Below the pieces are notes generated by a model. The model saw only the letters and a list, made by a program, of their open reading frames with translations, was not told the DNA's origin and did not search any database. From positions 1-47,398 of the IMG/VR virus record IMGVR_UViG_3300024286_000006: a stretch of DNA of 47,398 nucleotides; one strand, written 5' to 3'. Each line of letters starts with the position of its first letter. Position 1 is the first letter of the stretch. This stretch comes from a virus. Its lineage: Duplodnaviria; Caudoviricetes. Below are positions 17,201 to 27,176 of the stretch, one piece after another. The position numbers and the translations under genes are program-made.

Positions 17201-20200
17201 GAAGGCGGTTCAAGACTCATACGAGAAAATAAATCGTACGTTACAAACTCGTGCCACATTGGCAAAGACTCCGGGTGGGCAGGCGATTGTCGGTGACACG
17301 GAAATTGGGGCGATCACAAAGGTAATTGCACTCAATACTCAGTACATCGAACAGCTGCGTGTTCAAGCTGAACTGGTCAAAGATCAGCCCAACCAGTATG
17401 CAAAAGTTCTAGACTTGCTGGCTAAGGCTCAGCAAGAACAGGAGCAATATAATCAACGCCTTGCTGAGGCGCGAGACATTCTCACTCCGGTTGGTAATCT
17501 GTTGTCGAAGTTGGGTGGTGAGTTGTCGAAGTTTGGCAGTCATGGTATTCGCGATCTTGCTCAAGGATTGCAAGCTGGCGGTCAAACGTTCACCAGCATG
17601 GGTGAGTTCGCTACCGGCATCGGGGCTCAACTGGGCACAGGCTCGAATGTTTTCAAGGCAGTCTTTGAAACGGGCAGAAGTGCATTCGATGCGTTGAAAA
17701 CATCAGCCGATTCGACTAAAGAAACTGTTTCAGAAATCAACAACTCTCTGTTCCAGTTTGCCGATGTGCTGCAATCGGTAGCGGTCAGGATTGCTAGTTC
17801 ATTCTCACTTGATGCTGGCAGTATGCCCCACTTTGCAGAAGGTGGTCCGGTACCGAAAACAGGACCGGCTTGGTTGCATGCTGGTGAGTATGTAATCCCG
17901 CCCGGTGGCATGCAATCGATGGGCAGTGGCGCAGGGGCACTGAATCAAATTGTTCAACAGATCGGTGACGCACTAAATAATTTCAAGACCCAGTTAGTAC
18001 AATTTAGTCAGGTAATGGGCCAAGCGGCCGCGAACACTGCCTCGGCCGCAGGCGTGAATATTGCTGGGATGCCGGGAATGTTCCCGACACCAGGTAATGA
18101 TCCGCTGGCTAAGGCTCTGGGTGCTGGTGTAGGTCCAGCTGCTCCAGGTGGTGGTAGTGGGCCATCGGCATTCTCGCAAAGTGTGTTTGGTCAGCTTGAA
18201 AGTGCAACAAAAGGATTCTTGAAAGCACTCTCCGGGCAAGGTGAAGGGAACGGAGTCGGTGCGATCAAAGCATTCACTGGTGCTTTGGGTGGTGCAATTG
18301 GAGCAGTAGGCAGTTTCATTCAGTCAACAGCTGGAGCATCGACGACTACAGGCGGTGCGGTTGGTGGAGCACTGTCTGGCATGTCGATGGGTTCAATGTT
18401 TGGACCTATAGGTGCACTTGCTGGTGCAGTCGGTGGCGGTATCTTCGGTGGCATCATGGGCAACAAAGCTGCCAGCGCAACCAAGCAACTGAATGATCTA
18501 AAAACTACGTTCAACAATTTGATGGTTCAGATGAACGAGAATCTGACTGGTCTAAACCAGACCATTCAGCAAGCCGAACAGTTGAGGCAGAAAACAGCAT
18601 CCGTCAATACCGGTAAGAGTTCGTCTGCCAAGCAACAAAAGCAACAGCAACTCGATCAAATGGATCAGACGTTGCAGCAGTTGAAAGAAAAGCAGAAGCA
18701 AGTTCTGCAACAGATGCAGCAAGACCTTGACACTCTTCGTGTACCAACCGCTTATCAAGAATGGTTGGGTGGCTTGCAACAGATCCTGGCTCAGTACAAA
18801 CAATTCGCTGAGGCAGCGCAGACAACCCAAGACCTAGCCAATGCTCAAGAGTACTTGACTGATTCTGTAAAGCAGTGGGCGGTAACGCAAGGCGATCAGG
18901 TCAGGCAGTCAGAAATCGATGCCATCAACAATGCCATTCAACTGAATCAGCTTTACCAGCAGCGGCAGACGTTGATGGAAGATTTTGGGAAGCAAGAACA
19001 GCAGATCCTTTCTGGCGGTGTTCTGACCCGCACTGCTTCGGCTTCAGCAACAAAGGCTGGTCAGCTGGGCGATCTTCAACGAAACTTCAACCAGCAGATG
19101 GATCAACTGAATCAAGAAATCGCCGTTTCACAGTACAAGTTGCAATCGCAACAACAGATATTCAATCTAGCGTCGACTCAGGCTGGTCTTGAAACGCAGG
19201 TTTTGCAATTACAGTTCCAACAGATCGATGAGCAAACCGCATCGACTGGGGCGTTAGAGAATCTTCTGAACACGGTCAAGAATACGCCAATGTCCCAGTT
19301 GGCGACAATGCCGCAGTTGCTTGGTGCACTGGGTCTGCCCTACAGTGGCCCTTCGGCTGCGCAAGTAGGTCCGCAGGTTGGTCCACTGACCGCTAACGCT
19401 CCTGTCTATCCTTCGAGCAATCAGTATCCCAACTACCCGACCTACCCCGGTAATCCATCGAACCCGCCCTGGGTCTATACCGGAGGTGCATCGTCGGCAG
19501 GTTCGACGGCTGGTGGTAACTATGTTGCATACCAAGGCAATACCGCTGTACCAATGATGAGCGGGCCCAGTTCTCTGCCCGGTTGGGCGCTACCAGGTGG
19601 CGGTGGTGCAGGTGGAATTATTCCATCACTTGCTGCAACCAGTGGTATTGGGTCGAACTCTGGTGCATCACTCACACTCGGTGCTGCAATGGCTTATCCC
19701 GGAATGGCCCAGCAGGGATCAATCAATCTTGGGGCTGGGGGCATTCCCGGTGGCGGTCCAATTGTAAAAATGGGCACATCAAATCCAGCAAACCTGTGGC
19801 CGTCTTTGTTCCCCGGAGTGCCTCAGGCAGCAACGATGAACTATGGATCGAAAACCTATAGAGGAGGCGAAGCAAGCCTAACGGTACACGACAATGTAAT
19901 GCATGCGCGAATCGGCGTCGAGAAAACAATCAACGACACTACCAACCAGCGCATCAGTGCAGAAATGAATTTGATTTCAGCCAAGAAGGCCCAGACAGAT
20001 TATGATATGCAACACATCGCAGCGTTGCAGAAGTTGACAGATTCGATCAAAGGTGGATCGATTGCTGGTTTGACTCAAGCGGCAAGTGCACTCAAGACCG
20101 GTGGTCGAACTGGACCAGGTACCACACACATCGAGAGCAGCATGTATGAGTTGTATCGTGAGAGAAGTCGGTATGGTGAAGGAACGTTCACTGGACCTAT

Positions 20201-20207
20201 TCCATGA
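14295..20207 (+). CDS. Tape measure protein (~1970 aa)
   Basis: Very long Ala/Gln/Lys-rich helical protein after the chaperones; Gly-rich hydrophobic segments; HFAEGGPVPKTGPAWLHAGEYVIP motif common in TMPs. Confidence 0.9.
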   Translation: MPNQQEFVKLLAKLGLDTTDWNTATKSIIAKLAEVDKQEQTRAAVRKRAIADETAAINKKIAAELEGQKAVSAAAAKQVETLKAQKQAVQDIASASVRLKAQIDLEAIATSTVLKKRQDIVAQCEVEMEKLTKLRYPSEQQLQTLRQISAERDKQLSAINRQQAAAQRLTAQTLRQNEAEARRAATATAAAAKRVVAPETQQIARLRAQINTTDVLTAKERAKIETQITAILDKQIAALKMKSNLDREDLATLNRLATARARSAAASIVRTPGGGGGGGGGSFLGGLLGGGGGMFGAVVGGTLTAQLVGGMVKGLAVDVKNLIMESGKLDDVRDAFEKLGQVKGVDTIKFLKQLRVASLDMVGDVQLIRMANAALASNLKVTTDQIARMVHDVASLSQSQGRDPRQAMQALQTSFTTGRFMSIARATGIQTSELQLGKLAGSTMPQAAKSTQQFLVMLDAMDRKMSMLGEPTLNFADKMEVLDTKIVRIKNSFAEGLQGSGGFQVFLKFIDTVSAKLDDIEVLAGELGEKFGEAFAATVPVIENVATAISNILSSTYQLLVVFQEFARTVTGFNLLFANMGQRFSGVANVLITFSEGLEIITSGFQLFVRSITEAIGLTTRFVDLMAHPPSTDALKKFFADSKKADTDYKQWVADSNKKLTDDIARSEDARSAMNGPRLTHPKTAPGVELPMPPDFAFETKLQKLRMELAQATAKAELEAKKQELEGEKAANESAYQQMLETYSQYINNKKKIRQDELKAEIEEARQERDARIAELAFEQRLATIDLSKQVLNAQAGGMKEGATAEEQARSKEMVRDLQDEVKLTGSTYEIRKKIADVQFQSKTRAAQISAMREQAQMDMELVKDHETAVRKGIEAELDLKKQSLQEQVQATEDSFKDGLSSAQDYLDKRRQQIEAEKQLAIDSAYETYQNSVRSEANLADFRIKAAKAEIDARKQLTKLASSEDDVRLKAVQDSYEKINRTLQTRATLAKTPGGQAIVGDTEIGAITKVIALNTQYIEQLRVQAELVKDQPNQYAKVLDLLAKAQQEQEQYNQRLAEARDILTPVGNLLSKLGGELSKFGSHGIRDLAQGLQAGGQTFTSMGEFATGIGAQLGTGSNVFKAVFETGRSAFDALKTSADSTKETVSEINNSLFQFADVLQSVAVRIASSFSLDAGSMPHFAEGGPVPKTGPAWLHAGEYVIPPGGMQSMGSGAGALNQIVQQIGDALNNFKTQLVQFSQVMGQAAANTASAAGVNIAGMPGMFPTPGNDPLAKALGAGVGPAAPGGGSGPSAFSQSVFGQLESATKGFLKALSGQGEGNGVGAIKAFTGALGGAIGAVGSFIQSTAGASTTTGGAVGGALSGMSMGSMFGPIGALAGAVGGGIFGGIMGNKAASATKQLNDLKTTFNNLMVQMNENLTGLNQTIQQAEQLRQKTASVNTGKSSSAKQQKQQQLDQMDQTLQQLKEKQKQVLQQMQQDLDTLRVPTAYQEWLGGLQQILAQYKQFAEAAQTTQDLANAQEYLTDSVKQWAVTQGDQVRQSEIDAINNAIQLNQLYQQRQTLMEDFGKQEQQILSGGVLTRTASASATKAGQLGDLQRNFNQQMDQLNQEIAVSQYKLQSQQQIFNLASTQAGLETQVLQLQFQQIDEQTASTGALENLLNTVKNTPMSQLATMPQLLGALGLPYSGPSAAQVGPQVGPLTANAPVYPSSNQYPNYPTYPGNPSNPPWVYTGGASSAGSTAGGNYVAYQGNTAVPMMSGPSSLPGWALPGGGGAGGIIPSLAATSGIGSNSGASLTLGAAMAYPGMAQQGSINLGAGGIPGGGPIVKMGTSNPANLWPSLFPGVPQAATMNYGSKTYRGGEASLTVHDNVMHARIGVEKTINDTTNQRISAEMNLISAKKAQTDYDMQHIAALQKLTDSIKGGSIAGLTQAASALKTGGRTGPGTTHIESSMYELYRERSRYGEGTFTGPIP

Positions 20208-20303
20208 TGTGAATGTGGTTTCTAGCATCTTTATAGGTCTCAAGCAGTACAATACCGGAAAAGCCGCTTTCCGTACCGAGGACCAGGCTAGTAGAGAGCA
20301 GCA

Positions 20304-23300
20304 ATGCCCATAAAACTCACAATTGATAACGGAAATGGGCCAATTGACTACACTCGCTACGTCATCCCCGAATCTATTCAAATCGAAGACTCGATTAACG
20401 TTCCAACGCTACTCAGTTTCCAGCTGTGCAACATCGACAATAATTTTATAGTTCCTGTTCGATCCGGCTACTGCCGACTGTCATCGGGAAAGTTCAACGC
20501 GCCGATCGCAACTGGATTTGTAACCTCTGTACCGTCGCGAACGTTTCTTGGGATGGCTAACAACATTCCAGCGTTCAGCTTTCAGCGGTATGTGTACGAT
20601 GTTCAGGTAACATCCGATGAATGGCTGTTGAACGTAAAGACAGTTCCGTTCATCCCTCCGTTTGTAAACCTGGGGCAAGGGCAGATTCTCGCGCAGCTGG
20701 CCCAGATCCTAGTCCCGAATTTTTTCGATACCACGTCGTTTGTTGCGAGTGGTGATCTTGTTCCAGACTTTCCCTACGATCCGACTCAGAACTGGGCCGA
20801 TCTGGCGAAGGTCTTCGCTGACCAGTCCCGTTTCCACTATAAAGTAATAGACCGTGTTATCTATTTTCAACAGTTCGGTGACAAGCCGTTAGGCGTCACC
20901 TATGATGAAACGCGCGGAGAAAAGACTTTCTATCCCAATCAGATGGAAACTCCTGTGCAACCAGCGTTGCCTGTCAACGACGCTATTGTCATCGGGGATG
21001 TTGAGGCACAGAACAATCACGAAGATTATTTCGTTGGTGATGGCATAACGGGCAACTTCAATTTGCGGCATTCAGTGTTTGAAGGAGCATCGTCAGTTCT
21101 TATCAATGAATCGTGGTCTGGTGATTCGGTCAACACATCATTGTGGACGGTGAATGATCCCTCATTTGCCATCGAGCAAGCAGCAGGTGAGTTGCAGTTG
21201 CAAGGCGGTGATGGACTAGGTTCGACGTATATTCTCGCGAACTCTGGTATCGAGTTGGGTGGTGCTGTAAACATTCAAGTCGGCGACTTTCAGTTTGTGG
21301 ATGTATGCGACGGCATTGTGGGTGGGCTGTATTCAGACTCGGGACTGTTGCAGCCTTCATGCATTGCTGGATTTCTGTTGGCAGGCACAACCGTAACGCC
21401 GACTGCATCTGGTGCGATAGGCGTGACCATGCAGCCGATGGTACAAGGTGTGGCGGTTGGACCAGTTGTAACATCGCAGCAGAATCACTCGTATCAGTTG
21501 CAGATGTACATTTCGGCCAATGCGCAAACTCGCTACGATCGCCCATATCGAACGCTGGTCGGTCAGGTGTTTGGCGATCAGCACTTTGCTGCGGCTGGTA
21601 CGGTCACATTCATCATTCAGGATACATCCGTAGACCTGCCCAATAATCCAACTGTGACTCTGTTCTCTGTCACAGGTATAAACTTGCCAGGCTTTGCACT
21701 CTTCGCTCCGGTCAATGCCAACAATCTGAATTTTGCAATGGCAAGTACTCTGGTTGGGTTACCACCGCAAGGAGGGTTGTTTGTTCGATCACTATATGGT
21801 CCGACCGCAAACCAATTTCCTGTTGACCCGCCAGGTCCGGAGTTGCAATATTTGCTTGGCTTCGGGTTCCAGAATCAGGTTGCCACTCTGGGTGTTAATA
21901 ACGATATTAACATGTTGCAGTTTTACGCCTCTTCTTATCAAACGCTGCAAGGCAGCACTCTACCGGCAGTCGGTTCCAGAATCAAACTTCAAACCTGGGA
22001 AGCCGGCACTGCACTAGCGCGAGTTCAAGATCCGATTTCAATCGCAGCCGAAAGAAAAATTGTCGGAGATGATGGACATAGAACTGCCGTATTCAAGCAA
22101 CTGAATCCACTGCCCAGAACTAGTAGCGAGTGCGAAGCGGCAGGTGGTGCGATTATCAAAGATCGCAACACGGTACAGTTCGAAGGACAGTACAAGTTTC
22201 TTGACTACTTCTTCGATGTACCAGACGCCTTCGATCCTGTCTCCCCTGTGCAATTCAACACACTACAGGGCGGCTTTCAGGGGAATGGTTTTCAGGTCAG
22301 TGGCTTTCAGATCAGCACACAACAACTATTCCAATACCCTGTGCCGGGCCGCTATCTGAATGTTACCGCTCCACAGCGGGCAATTTCTGGACAACAGTTC
22401 TTGGTTCGACGTGTAACGATGCAGATGGTTGAACTGCGTCAAGAGACGATGAATGTTACGGTAGACTTTGGGCCAGACTACTACCTAGACAAACTCTTGC
22501 AGCACTTCATCGAAAACCGGACCAATGAACTGACGCCGAAAGAAATCGCGAACCCGCCAACACCACAACAGCTACTCACCATTGGCAGCACATACCTACC
22601 GAATCTGGACAATGCAACTGTGGTAGGATTGATTACCGGCAAGCACGTGGTAATCGACTTTGGCGCGCAGCCAGCAAGCGGTGTTGAGGTAAGAAAAGCC
22701 GATCAGGGATGGACAAAGAAAAACCGCGATCTTCTTTACACCGTGACACAGCGAGAAATCGTCATCAAGCGGAAGGCGAATGAAGAAATATACTTCCTGC
22801 GGCAGGTGAACGGTCCGCTCTATTCGCGGTTCTCGAAAGTAATCCGAGTTGTCTACCCGCTCATCCCGCAGCCACCGCCCGACGTACTGGTCGACTTCTC
22901 ACAGCCATTCTCACCAGTGATTCGCGTGCAGTTGCCAATCAACACGGACAGAAACATCTACGGTGTTGAGATCGATAGAGCATTTTTGCCACTCTCGCCG
23001 TGTCAGTCAGTTTTTGTGTCATCTGACGATCCATCAGACATAGGCTTTATGGATGTGACGGGATTTGACACTCAAGGTAATCAAATCACCGAGACCGTGG
23101 AGTTGAACGGCACAACCCCAGTTCCAACATCGAGAGTGTTCTGTGGTCTGGAGAGTATCGCGAGAAATCCACGAACCGCAGTGCAGTTGCAAGATGCTGC
23201 GGGCAACACTTGGATCATGTATGTTAATGATGACGGCACATTGACCACGCAGCAGTTGCCGACGCCGCGAAACCCGCCCCCGATCTACATTACGGATTCG

Positions 23301-23465
23301 GATACAGGAACAACGGCGTGGCTGATAACTGCCGGCTTGCAAGGAGCAATTCTTACAACGCAGACAGCGTTCACTGTGCCGACAACTGGATTTCAGTTAA
23401 TTTCGGATAGTGGTGGGACGTTTACAGTAAACATTCACCAGAATGGTGATTTGTATACATCATAG
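20304..23465 (+). CDS. Tail tip/baseplate hub (central tail) protein
   Basis: 1053-aa beta-rich protein directly after TMP; N-terminus IDYTRYVIPESIQIEDSIN; DPISIAAE...DGHR segment typical of hub proteins. Confidence 0.65.
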   Translation: MPIKLTIDNGNGPIDYTRYVIPESIQIEDSINVPTLLSFQLCNIDNNFIVPVRSGYCRLSSGKFNAPIATGFVTSVPSRTFLGMANNIPAFSFQRYVYDVQVTSDEWLLNVKTVPFIPPFVNLGQGQILAQLAQILVPNFFDTTSFVASGDLVPDFPYDPTQNWADLAKVFADQSRFHYKVIDRVIYFQQFGDKPLGVTYDETRGEKTFYPNQMETPVQPALPVNDAIVIGDVEAQNNHEDYFVGDGITGNFNLRHSVFEGASSVLINESWSGDSVNTSLWTVNDPSFAIEQAAGELQLQGGDGLGSTYILANSGIELGGAVNIQVGDFQFVDVCDGIVGGLYSDSGLLQPSCIAGFLLAGTTVTPTASGAIGVTMQPMVQGVAVGPVVTSQQNHSYQLQMYISANAQTRYDRPYRTLVGQVFGDQHFAAAGTVTFIIQDTSVDLPNNPTVTLFSVTGINLPGFALFAPVNANNLNFAMASTLVGLPPQGGLFVRSLYGPTANQFPVDPPGPELQYLLGFGFQNQVATLGVNNDINMLQFYASSYQTLQGSTLPAVGSRIKLQTWEAGTALARVQDPISIAAERKIVGDDGHRTAVFKQLNPLPRTSSECEAAGGAIIKDRNTVQFEGQYKFLDYFFDVPDAFDPVSPVQFNTLQGGFQGNGFQVSGFQISTQQLFQYPVPGRYLNVTAPQRAISGQQFLVRRVTMQMVELRQETMNVTVDFGPDYYLDKLLQHFIENRTNELTPKEIANPPTPQQLLTIGSTYLPNLDNATVVGLITGKHVVIDFGAQPASGVEVRKADQGWTKKNRDLLYTVTQREIVIKRKANEEIYFLRQVNGPLYSRFSKVIRVVYPLIPQPPPDVLVDFSQPFSPVIRVQLPINTDRNIYGVEIDRAFLPLSPCQSVFVSSDDPSDIGFMDVTGFDTQGNQITETVELNGTTPVPTSRVFCGLESIARNPRTAVQLQDAAGNTWIMYVNDDGTLTTQQLPTPRNPPPIYITDSDTGTTAWLITAGLQGAILTTQTAFTVPTTGFQLISDSGGTFTVNIHQNGDLYTS

Positions 23466-23473
23466 GAGGAGTG

Positions 23474-23932
23474 ATGTTCAAGTATTTGCCGTTGAAGACT
23501 CAAATTTGCGCGGTGGTGCTGTTTATTCTGTGTCTGGTTTCGGCTGCTTCGGCATTGACGCCGCAGCAAGATCAGGTAACCACAGCCGGACTAGAACTGG
23601 CGAATGTGTTTCAGCAACTGAATACATTCAACTTGGGTGTAAAGGTTGGAAGCACGACACTCTTGCCTGGAGCAGGCAACTATAATCTGACGTTGCCCGA
23701 TCAACCGCCTGCCGTCAATTCGTTTCTGGGAAATGATCCAGCTACACCGGGCAAGCTTACGTTCTTGCCATCGTGCTCTGGTGTATCGTTTGCTGGTGAT
23801 CTGGGAGGGAACTCTTCGAGCCAGAACGTGGTCGGGATTATGAGTATTCCGATTGATCTAACGGTGACCCCAACAGACGGGATGACACTGAAGTACAACG
23901 CAGCAAAGAACAAGTGGGTGCCATCGCTGTAA
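23474..23932 (+). CDS. Tail-region protein with N-terminal hydrophobic signal-like segment
   Basis: AGGAGG RBS; ICAVVLFILCLVSAASA; C-terminal PTDGMTLKYNAAKNKWVP motif seen in fibre proteins. Confidence 0.55.
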   Translation: MFKYLPLKTQICAVVLFILCLVSAASALTPQQDQVTTAGLELANVFQQLNTFNLGVKVGSTTLLPGAGNYNLTLPDQPPAVNSFLGNDPATPGKLTFLPSCSGVSFAGDLGGNSSSQNVVGIMSIPIDLTVTPTDGMTLKYNAAKNKWVPSL

Positions 23933-23944
23933 GAAAGTAATCCG

Positions 23945-26839
23945 ATGCCGACAGTTCAACTCACTCTAAATCTTAGCGACCGGCTCACCGTTTTCATGGT
24001 TGACGCCATCGCTCTGTACAAAGATCCGATTGAGTTGAATGTAAGTGATTCGATCAGTTTCTGGAACGATTCGAATGTAAGTTCCAACTTCTTCCCGTCG
24101 CGGTCGCTGAGTGATTCAATCAACCTGATGGCTGAAGCTGTCACTGTGAGTATGACAGCTGGTATCGGAGTTGGTGATGATGGCGGAGGAAATTGGAAAG
24201 ACGCGTTCTGGACGAACTTCGCTCCCGCGTATCAGTTAAAAGATTCGATGAATGTGATGGCGGATGCCTTCGCATTCTCGTTGAAAAACGGAGTAGGCTG
24301 CGCAGACAACCTGAACAATTGGCAAGATAGCATCATTATTGGGTTGAACATTGCGCTGTCTGACACGTTCAGTCATTTTGACAGTATCAGGTTTTTCTTA
24401 GCACCTTCGGCAGCGTCGTTGACTGATCGGATGGATTTCAAGGATGCATTTGCACTGACGGTGCAAGGCATCTTTAGTTTCGCATTTGCCGAACAGTTGA
24501 CACTGCAAGACAGTGCGATTGTTAATCTGATCTCCCCTCTCAAGCTACTGCTTTCGGACCAGTTGCAGTTTCAGGACAACCTAGCAACGTCCACTTTGCA
24601 AGGCTCTGTTCTGCGATTGGTGTTGGGCGACGATCTAAACATGCTCGATGGCTTCGGGCTTGGGTTCTTAGGTCTTGCGGGCCCACCAAATACTTCAACT
24701 GGCAATACCGGGAATGTTAGTGCAATCGTGAATGGCGGCGTGGTTGGTGTACTTGGAATCGATGACGAAATCCACTACATGTACGAACGCCTCTATCGGT
24801 ATGCGAATCTTGATTTGCCTTTCAGCCCTAACGACCCTGGTCTTGCATATCAGTACAACAATTCGGATCAGAAGGCAAGTGTGCCGTTGGCGGCGAGGTT
24901 CTTCAATCTTCTGGATGAGGTTTCGGATCCGCTGTTCTTTGATGTTGGCAATCCTGCAACTGGTCTAATCATCGATTGTATCGACGTGAGAACAACCGGT
25001 GCAAAAGGTGATGGTGTAACAAATGACACAGCAGCAATTCAGACGGCGCTGGATATGGCGCATGAAAATTATCTGAACGCGTTGGCTGGTATCTTCACAG
25101 GACCGACAAAAGTTTGTATCGTTTCTGGTCTTGTCTGCATGGTGGGTGGCGGCTTCTGGTCATCGAACCCGAATTGGCCGAACAACCCAAGTAATTCGGG
25201 AGGCAAAGGCCCACTCGGTCCAGCAGGCTCGGCATTTGCGGGCAGTAACGTAAACGATTCAAGCGTTGGCCCAGATGGTGCGTTGTTTGTTCGATCAGGC
25301 GTGACAGTTTTGCTGGATGGGACGGTCAAGATCATCACGCAGCCGTCGCAGTTCATTGGCAATTCTCTTGAGACCACAGCGTTTGTTTTCTATGACAACG
25401 ATTTCAAAACTGGACGGTCGTTCCCGAATCCCGCGTACGTGCCACCGCAAAAGGGAACGATCTTTGAGGCTTCAGTTCAGGGCGTTGGAACAGTGGATTG
25501 TTCGATGGATGGATGGTTGGTTGATCTGGGCATTGTGAATCCGGGTGGTGCTGGTCAGGGCATGGGCGTGTATGCTTTGGTTGGCGATAACTCGCAATTC
25601 CTATGCACTGGAATTACGTTCAAGCAGTGTTTTGGTTCAGGTGTCTTTGTCGATGGTAACATTAACGATTCGAAGGCGTTCTCGAACTCGCATGTCACCG
25701 ATTGCGTTGTCGATACCTTTGGTAGTGCAGACATAAATCCGGGATTCATCAACGCAACCTATCCGGTCATGACTGGTATCGCAACGTGGGCAAATGGAGT
25801 TGAGGTCGCTCGAAACCGAATTACTAACGGCATGGGAATTGGCATCATCCAGCAATTCTGTAAAGGCATTCATGCGGTTGGGCGCAACAATACGTACGTT
25901 AACAACAACATCAGCCACACAATCTGTGGCATTTGGATTGGCAGCTATCAGCGGTTAGGTGGGCAGAATCCGGCCAATGGCGGTATCGAGAACTGCAAAG
26001 TTTCTGCAAACACTTGTGTTGGTCCGCAGGCAGACGGATTGGCTGTTGGGGCGAACGGTGACGGTATCATTATTGCCGCAACGCTTTCAGATCCAAATCC
26101 GACTGTACTGAATTTCATTAGTGGCCTTGAGGTCGGTGACAACGTTGCGACCAACTTCTGGGATGGGCTGGCGATGGGGTTTGTGAACAACTTCAACCCA
26201 ATATCGCAAGCTGGCGGTTTGTGGTACATCAATATTCACGATAACAACTTCAACAACAATGCTAACTATGGCATCGAAATCCAGACACCGGTCGGTGGAT
26301 TCCATGTTGTTAACCTCTGGGGCAACATGCTCAAGAACGACGGGGCTGGCGGCATCAATGTGGACGGCAACGTCGATGGTCTAGTAATCCAAACACCAAC
26401 GCCGGGCTTGGGAACTGGAACTGATCCGAGTAATCCGGGTACAATCAACATTGGTGGTACGCCGCAAACCTTCGATCCGCATATTTATGAAATCGTTGGT
26501 TACAATCCGAGTTCGTTGTTTGGTGGTCAGGTCTTTCTGGACTTCCGCTTCGCGCGAGCAGTTGTGTTCCCAGGGAACTTTGCTGGGTCTGAAGGTGTCG
26601 CAGAACAGAACCCAGTATCGATCGTCACATTGATTGTGAATCAAATACCGCATGGCACGTTGACAGTGAATCAAATCGGAACGATTGCAATCGATACTGG
26701 CGGTAACTTTACTTTCACCACTACGGGTGCTGCTCCGGTCAATTTCGTGCTTGGTGATCGAATGCAGATTGTTGGCCCGAACCCTGCCGTGCCGAGCCTG
26801 GTTGGTCTCAGCCTCACCCTTGTCGGTACCAGAATCTAA
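23945..26839 (+). CDS. Tailspike / depolymerase with right-handed beta-helix
   Basis: IDVRTTGAKGDGVTNDTAAIQTAL (pectate_lyase_3-type start) followed by Asn/Gly-rich PbH1-like repeats; N-terminal (L/V)SD repeats. Confidence 0.8.
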   Translation: MPTVQLTLNLSDRLTVFMVDAIALYKDPIELNVSDSISFWNDSNVSSNFFPSRSLSDSINLMAEAVTVSMTAGIGVGDDGGGNWKDAFWTNFAPAYQLKDSMNVMADAFAFSLKNGVGCADNLNNWQDSIIIGLNIALSDTFSHFDSIRFFLAPSAASLTDRMDFKDAFALTVQGIFSFAFAEQLTLQDSAIVNLISPLKLLLSDQLQFQDNLATSTLQGSVLRLVLGDDLNMLDGFGLGFLGLAGPPNTSTGNTGNVSAIVNGGVVGVLGIDDEIHYMYERLYRYANLDLPFSPNDPGLAYQYNNSDQKASVPLAARFFNLLDEVSDPLFFDVGNPATGLIIDCIDVRTTGAKGDGVTNDTAAIQTALDMAHENYLNALAGIFTGPTKVCIVSGLVCMVGGGFWSSNPNWPNNPSNSGGKGPLGPAGSAFAGSNVNDSSVGPDGALFVRSGVTVLLDGTVKIITQPSQFIGNSLETTAFVFYDNDFKTGRSFPNPAYVPPQKGTIFEASVQGVGTVDCSMDGWLVDLGIVNPGGAGQGMGVYALVGDNSQFLCTGITFKQCFGSGVFVDGNINDSKAFSNSHVTDCVVDTFGSADINPGFINATYPVMTGIATWANGVEVARNRITNGMGIGIIQQFCKGIHAVGRNNTYVNNNISHTICGIWIGSYQRLGGQNPANGGIENCKVSANTCVGPQADGLAVGANGDGIIIAATLSDPNPTVLNFISGLEVGDNVATNFWDGLAMGFVNNFNPISQAGGLWYINIHDNNFNNNANYGIEIQTPVGGFHVVNLWGNMLKNDGAGGINVDGNVDGLVIQTPTPGLGTGTDPSNPGTINIGGTPQTFDPHIYEIVGYNPSSLFGGQVFLDFRFARAVVFPGNFAGSEGVAEQNPVSIVTLIVNQIPHGTLTVNQIGTIAIDTGGNFTFTTTGAAPVNFVLGDRMQIVGPNPAVPSLVGLSLTLVGTRI

Positions 26840-27168
26840 TGCCGCCGATAAATCTTACACTCTCTGACCAGCTATCGTTCAGCGACCAGCTGACGTTGGA
26901 ACTGGATCCGCCGCATGGAATGAAACTAACCCAGTTCGGAATCGAAGTGCTGGCGATTCTGAATCGGAATATGCGGCTGTCGCAGTTTGGTTTAGAGGTG
27001 TTGGCAAATCCTGGCGCTAAGATGAAGCTGTCACAGTTGGGCATTGAGGTTGTGTATGCAGCAAATGTCGGGAACATGCGATTGTCTCAGATGGGCATCG
27101 AAGTTATCTATTTGAATCCGTTCCCATCTGGTAACGCTGTAGGTACAATTGTTTTCGTAAACACGTAG
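26839..27168 (+). CDS. Small tail protein with four tandem M(K/R)L(S/T)Q.G(I/L)EV repeats
   Basis: MKLTQFGIEVLA, MRLSQFGLEVLA, MKLSQLGIEVVY, MRLSQMGIEVIY. Confidence 0.65.
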   Translation: MPPINLTLSDQLSFSDQLTLELDPPHGMKLTQFGIEVLAILNRNMRLSQFGLEVLANPGAKMKLSQLGIEVVYAANVGNMRLSQMGIEVIYLNPFPSGNAVGTIVFVNT

Positions 27169-27176
27169 GGGGTTCT

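Noticed and set aside
20250-20275. Hairpin cggaaa-agccgc-tttccg after the tape measure gene as a terminator
   Set aside because: Short stem without a U-tract; function unsupported
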